Shown here: piece by piece, positions 8,740 through 18,925 of the stretch
How the letters are laid out: each line of letters begins with the position of its first letter
How positions within the stretch are numbered: position 1 is the first letter of the stretch
DNA from: a virus
IMG/VR virus record: IMGVR_UViG_3300032435_000001
DNA: 64,000 nucleotides
Reading direction: 5' to 3' (one strand)
Translations under genes and position numbers: made by a program
Notes under the pieces: generated by a model
The model's database searches: none
Told to the model about the DNA's origin: nothing
What the model saw: the letters and a program-made list of their open reading frames with translations, nothing else

Positions 8740-10035
8740 CTACAAACTTACTAATTTTTTTTGATAATTCACAACTAAATTAAGGTAATAATTTCGTCTA
8801 TCTGTAGTTACACTATCTAATGAAAATTTATCTGATACCGTATCATGTAAATTATTACCAATTTTAGTTATTAATTCTGGGTTATCGACTAATAGTTTTA
8901 TATATTTAAACCAATCTTTATGGTTATTACTATGTTTAACTAAAAACCCATTACCCTTATCATTTACAACACCACCTTTTTCAAAATAATTTATAACATC
9001 TAATTTATAAGGTCCAAAATCCTGAGCTATGATAGGTTTTTTAAACATTCCAGACTCTATGACTTTTAATTGACTCTTCATTTTATTAAAAACGTTATCA
9101 CCTAATGGAGCTAATGATATGTCAAATAAATTATAATTTGAAGCGTAGTTATTAACTGGTTTAGTCCAAACTCGTCTGTATGGTTCGTTAATAACATTTG
9201 GGTATTCCTCATTTGAAAATTTCATTAAGAAACTTTTATACTCATCACTAATAGTAGTATAATTATCTGTAAATATTTTCTCATATTTATACCAAACTGA
9301 TTCTATTGGTGAAATCGCTCTTTGTGTTGTAGTATTATTAACATTATCAATATTTGTTGCGTATCCATTTAAATCAAAACCACATAAAACAAATTGGATT
9401 TTATCCAATAAATTAGCGGCACCCAATTTATTTACTAACCCACTTAATAAATCAATATCTTTCTCATGACTACTACCACCTAACCAACCAATTCGTATCT
9501 TTTTAGATTCTTCTGGTTTAATTAAGAATTGCTTTTCATTTTTATCAATAGCATTAGGTATTACCGACACGTTTTTATTAAACTTAGTAATCTCATCAGC
9601 GAAAATTTGTGTGGTTGTAAGTACGTTATCAGCGTTTTTTATATTTTTTAATATCTTTTTGTCTAATTTATAATGTTTAAATAAGTTAAAAGCTGGGTGG
9701 TGAGTACCTGGTGCCCAATAATCATCAATATCCATAATTGATATAATACCTAATGATTTAAATTTTAAAACTAATTCTTCCATTTTATCATAATCACCAA
9801 TATTTCTATGGTAATGTATAATATCATACTGTTTTAAGAATTCATCACTATTGATATTTGGCTCGAAATCTATGTCGATGTGAAATTCATCTGGGTACAT
9901 TTTCTCTAGGTTTAAATGTGGTTTTGTAGAACGGAAATAACCCACCCCAGTTCGGTCACTAGGTACTACAAGTAATCTAATTTTATGACTAATTGGAGAG
10001 TTTTCGTTTTCAATTTTTGTTATCATATTTCCCAT
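8740..10035 (-). CDS. GT-B glycosyltransferase (GT4-like, phage type)
   Basis: SDRTGVGYFR, MDIDDYW, IPNAID, IGWLGGSSH and DISLAPL...FNKMKSQLKVIESG. Confidence 0.85.
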   Translation of the reverse strand: MGNMITKIENENSPISHKIRLLVVPSDRTGVGYFRSTKPHLNLEKMYPDEFHIDIDFEPNINSDEFLKQYDIIHYHRNIGDYDKMEELVLKFKSLGIISIMDIDDYWAPGTHHPAFNLFKHYKLDKKILKNIKNADNVLTTTQIFADEITKFNKNVSVIPNAIDKNEKQFLIKPEESKKIRIGWLGGSSHEKDIDLLSGLVNKLGAANLLDKIQFVLCGFDLNGYATNIDNVNNTTTQRAISPIESVWYKYEKIFTDNYTTISDEYKSFLMKFSNEEYPNVINEPYRRVWTKPVNNYASNYNLFDISLAPLGDNVFNKMKSQLKVIESGMFKKPIIAQDFGPYKLDVINYFEKGGVVNDKGNGFLVKHSNNHKDWFKYIKLLVDNPELITKIGNNLHDTVSDKFSLDSVTTDRRNYYLNLVVNYQKKLVSL

Positions 10036-10084
10036 GACTTTTTTATCTTAAATTATTTATCATATTATCATTATTTTTTTTATA

Positions 10085-10113
10085 ATCATAATCATGTTTT
10101 TCATCTAAGTAAA
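10085..10113 (-). promoter_or_regulatory. putative early/middle promoter TTTACT-N17-TATGAT
   Basis: Recurrent bipartite motif; lies upstream of the GT-HD-dUTPase operon. Confidence 0.5.
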
Positions 10114-10134
10114 GTTTTTAAATATCATAAATAA

Positions 10135-10159
10135 AAAAAGCTACATTATGTAGCTTTTT
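10135..10159 (-). terminator. intrinsic terminator
   Basis: AAAAAGCTACAT-T-ATGTAGCTTTTT immediately after the stop at 10162. Confidence 0.75.
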
Positions 10160-10161
10160 AT

Positions 10162-10698
10162 TTATTTTTTATTAACGTTTATCTTACCTTCTTTAATTAG
10201 AGTCGTTATTGTTGTAGTTATAACGCTTTCACTTAAATTCTTTACGAAAGTTTTAGTCATAAACTCCATTAAAGTTTCATTAATCATATTTTTGAGTTGT
10301 GATTCAGTTAAATTGTAAACCTTTTCACCTGAATTATTAGTACCCTCACTAATATTTTTTGGTCTGTAAACTCCCTTACTTGGTATTTGTTTCTCAATTA
10401 AATCCTCACTAACATCAGACAGATTAAATGTTTTAGGTGCGTTATCCGTTTGGTTTTCCAACATCATTTTCTTTATCGCTGGGTCCATTTTACTAGTTTC
10501 CATATTTCTGAATTTACTACCATCATTTTTAGGTTGGTACCCTTGTTCCATTAATTGACTCACTCCTGATTCAGTTAAAGCCATCTCATTAACATGTCCA
10601 GTTGAATAATCCCCATTATCAATCTTATTCATAATTTTTTTAGCATTCCCTAAAATAGCGGAAAGACTACTTAGGTCAACTGGTTTTGGTGATTCCAT
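10162..10698 (-). CDS. hypothetical protein (possible internal head protein)
   Basis: Tight operon packing; YNLTESQLKNMINE motif. Confidence 0.7.
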   Translation of the reverse strand: MESPKPVDLSSLSAILGNAKKIMNKIDNGDYSTGHVNEMALTESGVSQLMEQGYQPKNDGSKFRNMETSKMDPAIKKMMLENQTDNAPKTFNLSDVSEDLIEKQIPSKGVYRPKNISEGTNNSGEKVYNLTESQLKNMINETLMEFMTKTFVKNLSESVITTTITTLIKEGKINVNKK

Positions 10699-10703
10699 AA
10701 TTT

Positions 10704-11066
10704 TTAAAATTTAGCAACATTATATATTGTTGTCATCATATTATCCCCCATAGAGTTAAATTTAGGTCTAGGGGTGTCAAATGTGTTATCAGTAGCTTCC
10801 CACCTATTAACTCTATCTAACCTAAATAACTTCCATTCTGGTTTAAAGGTTTTTGTATCACCAGAAACTTGATAAGCTCTGACAACTAAATTACCTGTTG
10901 TTGACATACCGAAAGAATAAACCTCAATCGTTCTCAACCCAGCATGGGTATTATCGTCACCAGCATAAGATATGTTAACAACTTGTCTATTATTAATAGC
11001 GTTATTAACTTCATCTCTAGCTGTGCTTTCAAATATAAGTTTAGATAAAATTTTGTAAAGCTTCAT
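10704..11066 (-). CDS. stand-alone WYL-domain protein
   Basis: AINNRQVVNISY...RTIEVYSFG...VVRAY...WKLFRLDRV; likely start is ATG 11066 (MKLYK). Confidence 0.8.
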   Translation of the reverse strand: MKLYKILSKLIFESTARDEVNNAINNRQVVNISYAGDDNTHAGLRTIEVYSFGMSTTGNLVVRAYQVSGDTKTFKPEWKLFRLDRVNRWEATDNTFDTPRPKFNSMGDNMMTTIYNVAKF

Positions 11067-11072
11067 GTGCAA

Positions 11073-11393
11073 CTATATTACAACCATACCAACATTACCT
11101 GAAGTATCTGGATTTTGGTATCTCTCGTTTTTATTATATTGGTTAAAAACTACATTTCCAACTCTACCCGAACCCATAGCATTTGGGATTCCGTAAATGT
11201 CTAAACTACCACCACCGTTCTCAGTATCTAAAAAAACACCAGTACCCTTACCGTTAACTGGAGTTTCATTATCACTCAAAGCTCTTGTGTGTGTGCTACT
11301 ATAGTTATTAGCATCAGCTGTGCTATTGTAATTATTAAAAGGTATTAAAACACCTCTTTGAGCGATTGCTATTTGTTCTAATTTGCTTTGCAT
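11073..11393 (-). CDS. hypothetical protein (Gly/Asn-rich, probably virion-associated)
   Basis: Operon packing and coding-strand composition. Confidence 0.7.
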   Translation of the reverse strand: MQSKLEQIAIAQRGVLIPFNNYNSTADANNYSSTHTRALSDNETPVNGKGTGVFLDTENGGGSLDIYGIPNAMGSGRVGNVVFNQYNKNERYQNPDTSGNVGMVVI

Positions 11394-11409
11394 TTTTTTT
11401 TATTTTTTT

Positions 11410-11910
11410 TTATTTGTTATTTAAAAATTCTATTAACTTATTAATTGAATTAGTTTCTTCGTAAACCGTTCTGTTATTCATAATATTCTTAAGGTTAGTT
11501 CCCTTGTGAATGTTAACTAACCCAACACCCGTAGGGTTTGCATTGTCGGGGTCCTTCTCATGGTTTCTAATGAATTGATTCTCAGCACCAGCATCCATCT
11601 TAGTTTCCTTATAATCGTGAATATCACCCCTTTTAGATTCTAATGCGTTATTAACCCATTTTTGTGTTAATTTACCACCAATTAATTTAAATTCATCATC
11701 AAAACCATCACCTTCATAATTATCAAAAAAATTTTTAATTCTTTTCATTTGAGAATATGAAACTTTTTTTTTACTTAAAATTTCCTTCCCACGCCTAAAA
11801 CCTTTTATATCCTTTTTACTCAAATCAATTTTCGCCATAGCGGATTCTATTTTATGTAAAACATTATCTGGTGGTGTGAAAAACTTATTTTCTAAATCAC
11901 TATTAGCCAT
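11410..11910 (-). CDS. hypothetical protein with a phage head-associated domain of unknown function
   Basis: Pattern PP..V...G.RRG.EIL....VS..QMKRIKNFF...LIGG....KW resembles a domain seen in phage head-morphogenesis regions. Confidence 0.55.
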   Translation of the reverse strand: MANSDLENKFFTPPDNVLHKIESAMAKIDLSKKDIKGFRRGKEILSKKKVSYSQMKRIKNFFDNYEGDGFDDEFKLIGGKLTQKWVNNALESKRGDIHDYKETKMDAGAENQFIRNHEKDPDNANPTGVGLVNIHKGTNLKNIMNNRTVYEETNSINKLIEFLNNK

Positions 11911-11912
11911 TT

Positions 11913-12416
11913 TTAATTAAATAAGTTTTTAATGTTATTTTTATAAATATCAGGTAATTGATTTACATTTAAATTTGATAAAATATAATACAAAGCTATG
12001 CCAGTTTGTTCGCCATTTAAACCATTTTTATTAACACTACTTATGAATTCATTACACTTATTAACAACTATGGGTTTTTGGTGTACACTACTCAAATCAT
12101 TTATATCTGGTATTGTATTCCCATCTAAATCAGAATTAACATTTTCAACAAGTTCGTCTTCAGCTTCATCCGACTCAACCCTAACGTTCATTGGGTAACC
12201 ACCTACGCCACCATATAAAGAATTAATTGTATTTTGTTGCACACCAGCAGCTCTTACGGCATCGGTGGTCTTAGCACTTTCTATTTCACTACCCATGTTA
12301 GTTTCATCGCCCTCTATAGGTGTACCATCAGAATCTACCAATTCCGTTATCTTAACATTACCGTTATTTTCAACTATAAATTTAATATTTTTTAATAGTT
12401 TCTTTTTAATAATCAT
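11913..12416 (-). CDS. hypothetical acidic protein, first gene of a late operon
   Basis: TATTTAT motif on the minus strand at 12434-12440. Confidence 0.7.
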   Translation of the reverse strand: MIIKKKLLKNIKFIVENNGNVKITELVDSDGTPIEGDETNMGSEIESAKTTDAVRAAGVQQNTINSLYGGVGGYPMNVRVESDEAEDELVENVNSDLDGNTIPDINDLSSVHQKPIVVNKCNEFISSVNKNGLNGEQTGIALYYILSNLNVNQLPDIYKNNIKNLFN

Positions 12417-12433
12417 AATAAATAGCTTTTTTA

Positions 12434-12463
12434 ATAAATATAACGAATATTGTTAATATTTAT
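12434..12463. promoter_or_regulatory. back-to-back late motifs: TATTTAT at 12434-12440 (-) and 12457-12463 (+)
   Basis: Each lies 16-17 nt before the start of its divergent gene. Confidence 0.6.
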
Positions 12464-12479
12464 TAAAAAATAAGTATTC

Positions 12480-14534
12480 ATGGGATTTAGAACAAAAATT
12501 GATTTTTCAAATAATAGACAAGTAAATCAAAGGCAACAAACTTTAACCGAACTTTTTGGTAGAACAGACTTTGGTTTACCTATTAGTGGGCTAACTAGTG
12601 GCCCTAATTTAAGTTCAGCCTATATTAGTGGGGTTGATGAGAATATAGTTTCAACTTTCTCAGGTAATGTGACAACAACCGTATTTAATTTTGGGATTCC
12701 GATAATGAATGATGGTGCTATGTATTTAAATACTATCACAAATCAAAATCAAAATGTTGACCAAGAAATATTAGAGCCTTTTTTTAATGGTGTTAACCTC
12801 TCAATAAACCCTTATTTTGGTAATAATGTTTATGAATTTTATAGTGGTTTAACATTTGATATCACGGTAACCAACTTTGAGGAAATATCAGTAGGTATTT
12901 TCACTGGTTCATTATTAACTAATATTGTAACTTATTATACAGCTGATTCCAACGATTATAATGGGGATGGTACGTGGGTTAATGTTAATGGAATTTTAAA
13001 AACTAAAAATTTATACGTATCTAGTGGTGCCACAACTGGTTTAATATTAACAGCTTTAGATGATAATGGTAAAGTTGGCTGGGGGCCTAATTACGCTGGT
13101 AGTGGTAATACTAGTTTATGGACTGGTAGTACTGGTTTAAACTCAGTAACAGCGGTAGGTCATGGGTCGGATTCCTCTGGTTTGCAAAGTGTTAGTTTTG
13201 GTAATAATGTAATTGCTAGTGGTGAATATAGCCATGCTCAGGGGTGGTCGACCATTGCTAGTGGTGTATTTTCACACGCTGAGGGTCAAGGTACTATAGC
13301 AAGTGGTCAACCATCACACGCTGAGGGTAGGGATACCGTAGCTAGTGGTAATAGTTCGCATGCTGAAGGTTATTTAAGTCAAGCTATTGGTGGTGCCTCA
13401 CATGCTGAAGGTAAAGGTACTGTTGCTATTGGGTTATTTTCACACGCTGAGGGTGAGGAATCTACTGCTAGTGGTGATTATAGTCATTCTGAGGGGTATA
13501 TTACCACGGCTATTGGTGATGGTTCACATGCTGAAGGTAGGGATACAATAGCTAGTGGGCCCGCTTCACATGCTGAGGGGTTAATAACATTGGCTAGTGG
13601 ATTTGAATCACATGCTGAAGGTTTTTTAACTCAAGCTACTGGTGGCGCATCACATGCTGAAGGTACTCAAACGATTGCTAGTGGTGACGGTTCACATGCT
13701 GAAGGTGATAATACTGTGGCTAGCGGTCCAATATCGCATGGTGAAGGTTTATATACCATAGCAAGTGGTTTTGCATCGCATGCTGAAGGTAGTGATACTG
13801 TAGCTAGTGGACCATTTTCTCATGCTGAGGGTAGGGAAAGTGTTGCTAGTGGTAATACTTCACATGCTGAGGGTAGGACGACTATTGCTGGTGGTGATAA
13901 TTCACATGCTGAGGGTAGGGATACCTCTGCTAGTGGTGACGATTCACATGCTGAAGGTTATAATACTGTGGCTATTGGTGGTGCCTCACATGCTGAAGGT
14001 TTTCAAACATTAGCTGGTGGTTTTGTATCACATGCTGAAGGTTTAAATACTACTGCTATTGGGTCGGGTAGTCATTCTGGTGGTGGTGGGTTTAACAATT
14101 TAAATAGGGTCGTTGCTAGTGGTTCTACATCATTCGTACATTTCGCTCAAACAGTCGCTAGTGGTAATATCGGAGCTTTTGGTGATTTTAGTTCTATTTT
14201 AGGGGGTGTTGACCACTTAATTGAACTTGGTTCCAATTCAAGTATTATATTGGGTGGGAATCAGAATCTGATTAAAGGAAATGCGATTGATTCCGCTATA
14301 ATAGCAGGTAAAAATAATATTATAAATGTTGGTATTAGAGGTGCTGTAATCTTAGGTGGGGAAGGTATTATCGCTGAAAATATAAACACAACTTACATAC
14401 CAAATTTAGAAGTTGTAAGTGGAGTTATAAAGTTACATAACTTACCAATATTTGATTCAGACGCATTGGCTAATAGTTTAGCTATTAATCAATTATATAA
14501 AACATCAACTGGTGAGTTGAGAATAAAACTATAA
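12480..14534 (+). CDS. tail fibre/adhesin with YadA-head-like SHAEG beta-roll repeats
   Basis: About 21 tandem 14-aa repeats SHAEGxxTxASGxx followed by SxILGGxxN repeats. Confidence 0.8.
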   Translation: MGFRTKIDFSNNRQVNQRQQTLTELFGRTDFGLPISGLTSGPNLSSAYISGVDENIVSTFSGNVTTTVFNFGIPIMNDGAMYLNTITNQNQNVDQEILEPFFNGVNLSINPYFGNNVYEFYSGLTFDITVTNFEEISVGIFTGSLLTNIVTYYTADSNDYNGDGTWVNVNGILKTKNLYVSSGATTGLILTALDDNGKVGWGPNYAGSGNTSLWTGSTGLNSVTAVGHGSDSSGLQSVSFGNNVIASGEYSHAQGWSTIASGVFSHAEGQGTIASGQPSHAEGRDTVASGNSSHAEGYLSQAIGGASHAEGKGTVAIGLFSHAEGEESTASGDYSHSEGYITTAIGDGSHAEGRDTIASGPASHAEGLITLASGFESHAEGFLTQATGGASHAEGTQTIASGDGSHAEGDNTVASGPISHGEGLYTIASGFASHAEGSDTVASGPFSHAEGRESVASGNTSHAEGRTTIAGGDNSHAEGRDTSASGDDSHAEGYNTVAIGGASHAEGFQTLAGGFVSHAEGLNTTAIGSGSHSGGGGFNNLNRVVASGSTSFVHFAQTVASGNIGAFGDFSSILGGVDHLIELGSNSSIILGGNQNLIKGNAIDSAIIAGKNNIINVGIRGAVILGGEGIIAENINTTYIPNLEVVSGVIKLHNLPIFDSDALANSLAINQLYKTSTGELRIKL
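13230..14085 (+). repeat. 42-nt period coding repeat (tcacatgctgaaggt core)
   Basis: Directly visible; encodes the SHAEG repeats. Confidence 0.95.
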
Positions 14535-14537
14535 TAT

Positions 14538-16199
14538 ATGAGTAATATAAAAAATTTTAATTTTAACAATTTAGATTTGAGGCTTAGTAATAGTGAGTTT
14601 TATGATTTTTATCTTGGTACCGATGAAGATTATAGAACTAACTATGATTGTTTAATAAGTAATGAATGCCTAATTTCTAATTTTGATTTTAACGATTCAG
14701 AAACAATATTACCTAGTGATACTAAAACAATCTTTAGTTTAGATAATTGGATTGGAGCCACTAATAATGGTATCTTAATCACAACATATGGATTAACTGG
14801 TATTGATAATGGTGTAATACCTTATAATGATACAAATATTGACCCCACAAATCAAAACCTAGTAGATTTATTAACTGGTAGTTCGTTAACCATATCATCT
14901 GGTGAGACTAGATTTTTCATGAGTCAAGTTAGTGGTTCAACAAATTCCATTGATTACCCAATTGAATACGTTACTGGTTCAACAATTGGCTCATATATGG
15001 ATTTTAAGGGTGGTTTCTACCAAGGTTATTATAAATTGGAGGGATATGATTACGAGGTGTTACCTAATAGGGTAAATAAGGGTATTATGTTTGATTTTTG
15101 GTTGAATAAGAATGATGATTTAATTTCCAATTCGAATGATACAATTTTAAATGATTTATACCCTAATAATAAAGGTTTTTTCTTCTATTGGGGAACTAGA
15201 GCTGAGAATAAGTTTTGGAGTCAATGGGAAGGGTTAAACACTGGTTTAACCTCTAATTGTACAAGTGGTGCTACTGATTATTGTACGATACCTAAGGAAT
15301 TGAATTTTGATATCGTTAATGAAGAGGGCCTAATATTACCTTTAAACCCACCATTAACAACTTTTAACGTAATTAGTAATGAATTTCTAATATATGGTAG
15401 GGCTAGAGGTACATCTTGTGGTTATGATTCTAATCCTAATAGGTTAGCAACTGTATTAGCTAAAGACGTTAGTGGTGCTACACCAACAATAACAGTTAGT
15501 GGGGTTAGTAGTAGTGTCGTAAACACTTTAAACCCATTTTTAATATATGGTAGAGCTAGAGGTGGTTATGGTACTGGTCGTAGACCTAGTGATGGGTATG
15601 GTAGGGAGACAACTGAAAGTTTTAGTGGTACAACAACACCTATAACTGAGTTAGACAAAGATTTTGATATAATTGATAACGCATTAGGTTTTAGAATTAA
15701 AGACGATGGTAGTATAGGTTATAGAATGCTTACATTAACATCAACTTGTGTTGGTGATGTAACAATTAGTGGCGTTTCAGTTATGGAGGAATATTCTATG
15801 AGTGGTGTTGTTACCGATAATTCTTGGGAACACATATCTGTAAGGTGGGTAGCTGATGCATATTACGATGATTGTGAATTAGTTAACGGTAGTAGAAGAA
15901 ATGGTCGTTTACTTTTTTATGTGAATTGCAAACTTAAGTTTATTGTTGAGGATTTTAAAGAGTTCATAACAAAACCTTTAGGTGATTATAAAGAAAAGCA
16001 AGTTGGGGTACCCTATAACATTAGTTTAGGTGGTGGGTCCCAAGGTTTACTTGAAAGCATGACATTTGATGGGCAAGACCCAAATGATTTAAATTTAATG
16101 ATTCAAGAAAATTTTGCTGGAACATTTATAGGGTCAATATCGAAATTTAAAATATTTGGTTGTGACGTTAATTGGTGTGCTATAAAAGCTTTGTGTTAA
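14538..16199 (+). CDS. virion structural protein with LamG/concanavalin-like beta-sandwich elements
   Basis: IMFDFWL, WEHISVRW, LLFYVNC, ISLGGG and FIGSISKFKIF; internal FLIYGRARG repeat. Confidence 0.55.
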   Translation: MSNIKNFNFNNLDLRLSNSEFYDFYLGTDEDYRTNYDCLISNECLISNFDFNDSETILPSDTKTIFSLDNWIGATNNGILITTYGLTGIDNGVIPYNDTNIDPTNQNLVDLLTGSSLTISSGETRFFMSQVSGSTNSIDYPIEYVTGSTIGSYMDFKGGFYQGYYKLEGYDYEVLPNRVNKGIMFDFWLNKNDDLISNSNDTILNDLYPNNKGFFFYWGTRAENKFWSQWEGLNTGLTSNCTSGATDYCTIPKELNFDIVNEEGLILPLNPPLTTFNVISNEFLIYGRARGTSCGYDSNPNRLATVLAKDVSGATPTITVSGVSSSVVNTLNPFLIYGRARGGYGTGRRPSDGYGRETTESFSGTTTPITELDKDFDIIDNALGFRIKDDGSIGYRMLTLTSTCVGDVTISGVSVMEEYSMSGVVTDNSWEHISVRWVADAYYDDCELVNGSRRNGRLLFYVNCKLKFIVEDFKEFITKPLGDYKEKQVGVPYNISLGGGSQGLLESMTFDGQDPNDLNLMIQENFAGTFIGSISKFKIFGCDVNWCAIKALC

Positions 16200-16260
16200 A
16201 TTAGCGGTTATAGTAACTTATAAAATAAAAAAACTATTTATAGATAACTTAAAATATATC

Positions 16261-18888
16261 ATGTCAAATAAATTAATATTAAGAGAAACTAACTCACCAT
16301 ATGGTGATTTGAATAAAAAATCAGTTCTATCTAGAAGAGAATTGGATAATAACTTTATTCACCTTAAAGGTGAATTAATTGTTAGTGGTTTAACTACGGA
16401 TAATACTATTATTTTAGAAAAAAATAACGGTGATAATATCGTAATACCATTACCAGAACTTATCGAACCTTTAGGTCAAGATAATAGATTTAGGTTTGTA
16501 GATTTAGGTAGCTTTATACAAGGAGGTAGAGGTGTACCTGATGTTGATATTGAAACAGCTTTCGTAAATCAATTAAACATAGGGATGTCTTCGCTTAACC
16601 TTATAGTTGCGGATGATGAGTTGATAATACTTAAGATTAGTATTACAATTTATGGGGCGTTTGAAGCTGAAGAAAGAAAGTATTATTTTAAGGGTGGTAT
16701 GGGTAAGGGAGTGTATAACCCTTTAAGTGATTACATCACACCAAATGAATTAGAGTTAGCTTTTAGAGATTGGACACCACCAAATGTTGATATTCTAGAA
16801 TCATCACCTAATGTTAATATATTTAACTTAGGTATTATACCTGATTCTGATTACATTTCATACATAAATAATAACGGGTCGTATGATTTAAGAGATGCAT
16901 CTAAGATACATTATTTTAGGTTTAATTATCAGAGTGTGGATTATTTATACTTTTTTGATTCTAATGATTCATCATACGGTAATGCTATATACGGAGCCAA
17001 CTTACCTCAATTTATTACAGAAGATTTAGTTTTATTTTATGATAGCTCAACAGCGGTAATTATCAATTCAGACGCAGTTTTTAACGGTAGTTACGCTGAT
17101 TTAAGTAGTTTGGTTAATACAAATCAATTAATCATAGGTAAAAATTACATATTAAATGATTATGTAACTAAGTACCAAATTTTTGGTAGTGATTCAGGCC
17201 CTAGAATTCAAATACACGAAATGATTGGTTCTACTGGTAGTTACACCCAATTTAATAACGTACCAGTTGATATTATTCAAATTGGTAGTGTTGTAACTTG
17301 TGTTTACGCACCACCTAACGCTTTAATATCATCTGGGGATACTTTCACAATTGTGGAATATTTTAATTTTGGATACACTAGGTTTTCACCAAACGTAACA
17401 AACCCATTAAATATTGGGGCTAAATTTAGGTTTCAAAAACAAAGATATTCGAACATACCAAATGATTCCGTGATTTTAGATACTTATGGGAAACCAGTTA
17501 TAAAACCAAATGGTGTTATAAATACTGAGGTGCATGATGGTGAACCTTATATGGCGATGACTGGTCTTGAAAACCCAACACCACTCGTTGAGTCAATCAT
17601 ACTAAAAGCGATTGATAGTAATAAATTTTCTAGGAATGCTGAATCATTAATTTTTGTTGGTGATGAGTTAACCTATGACTTTAACGATAACATTATTTAT
17701 GATGATAATAAAACACAAATAGGTGAAAGAAAAGGTTTTATATTAAAAAGAACTAATATAAGTGGTTCGATTTCAATGGATAAAGATTGGAGGGTACAAA
17801 GGTATCGTAGATATAAAATTGATAATTTTAATTGGGATTGGTTATTGAATAAGAAAGAGTTTAGTGGTAATGCGTTGACATCTGGTAGTACAATATATAA
17901 GATGGGTGATGAAAATTACTGCACAACTACTAACCCTAATTTAAGTGAGGACCATAAGTATATAATGTGTGAACCTTTCATAAGTGATTTTCACACTGAT
18001 TTCGCAAAAACAAGTGGGAACCCATTTATAAGTGGTACTACCTCAGCTAGTTTATTATCAAGTGGTCTTAGATTTAGGGAAGATAATGAAACCACACCTT
18101 ATAGTGTGAATGTTTCATTACCATTACTTGGGTTCAGTACTAATCAATCCGCTAAAGATTTTCACATCATACCAATATATGCGTTCAACTCAACAAACTT
18201 AACAACAAAAGCTGTTGTTAAGAGTTTAAGTAATACGGTATTTTTACCTTACTCCCAAAGATATGGTAGTACCTTTAATTTAGTAGTAGATTCCGATATT
18301 GGTGATATACATAATTCAACTTTCACAACCTTAATAACAATTAAAAATAGAGGTTTAATCTCTACATTTACATCAATCGATGGTTTAACTGTTAATAATG
18401 ACTCTAGGATAACCAATACCATTAATTTAATCTATGGTGTTGTTAATAATTACGGTATTATTGCCAACTCAAAAATCGGTGGTGGTGCGAATGATAATAT
18501 CAATGACTTCAATAACTTTACAGTTAGTGATAATTCAAAAATCATAAATTCAGTAATAGGTGGTTCTAGGATTGATTCATTAATATTTAATGATTTTCAG
18601 TGTAATAACTCCATAATAATAAATAGGGTAACTGGTTATTCAACAATATCTGGTAAGTGGTATTTAACAATGTATAAAAATTTTGGTGAGGTTTACGGTT
18701 CTGAGCTTAGGTTAAACACTTTTTCTAATCAAAAACCTAGTAAAGGGTTTTGGGGTCATATTTATGATTTTAATAGAGATTATAATGATACGCAAGTAAA
18801 TAATTTTAATTTAAATAAAACACTAGTTACCGAATTAATTGATGGGAATTTAGTTAGAACTATAGAAATATTAACAACAGCATCTTAA
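16261..18888 (+). CDS. large fibre/spike-like virion protein
   Basis: N-terminal LILR...KKSVLSRRELDNNFIHLK fibre-type motif, Asn/Ile-rich beta-helix-like C-terminus, late motif at 16235-16241. Confidence 0.55.
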   Translation: MSNKLILRETNSPYGDLNKKSVLSRRELDNNFIHLKGELIVSGLTTDNTIILEKNNGDNIVIPLPELIEPLGQDNRFRFVDLGSFIQGGRGVPDVDIETAFVNQLNIGMSSLNLIVADDELIILKISITIYGAFEAEERKYYFKGGMGKGVYNPLSDYITPNELELAFRDWTPPNVDILESSPNVNIFNLGIIPDSDYISYINNNGSYDLRDASKIHYFRFNYQSVDYLYFFDSNDSSYGNAIYGANLPQFITEDLVLFYDSSTAVIINSDAVFNGSYADLSSLVNTNQLIIGKNYILNDYVTKYQIFGSDSGPRIQIHEMIGSTGSYTQFNNVPVDIIQIGSVVTCVYAPPNALISSGDTFTIVEYFNFGYTRFSPNVTNPLNIGAKFRFQKQRYSNIPNDSVILDTYGKPVIKPNGVINTEVHDGEPYMAMTGLENPTPLVESIILKAIDSNKFSRNAESLIFVGDELTYDFNDNIIYDDNKTQIGERKGFILKRTNISGSISMDKDWRVQRYRRYKIDNFNWDWLLNKKEFSGNALTSGSTIYKMGDENYCTTTNPNLSEDHKYIMCEPFISDFHTDFAKTSGNPFISGTTSASLLSSGLRFREDNETTPYSVNVSLPLLGFSTNQSAKDFHIIPIYAFNSTNLTTKAVVKSLSNTVFLPYSQRYGSTFNLVVDSDIGDIHNSTFTTLITIKNRGLISTFTSIDGLTVNNDSRITNTINLIYGVVNNYGIIANSKIGGGANDNINDFNNFTVSDNSKIINSVIGGSRIDSLIFNDFQCNNSIIINRVTGYSTISGKWYLTMYKNFGEVYGSELRLNTFSNQKPSKGFWGHIYDFNRDYNDTQVNNFNLNKTLVTELIDGNLVRTIEILTTAS

Positions 18889-18925
18889 ATAATAACAAAT
18901 AAAAATAATTAAAATAATTAAAAAT

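Noticed and set aside
13230-14085. Regularly spaced repeats as a CRISPR array
   Set aside because: The 42-nt period with synonymous variation lies inside a long ORF; these are protein repeats and no cas genes are present. The same applies to the 36-nt repeats at 59343-59505
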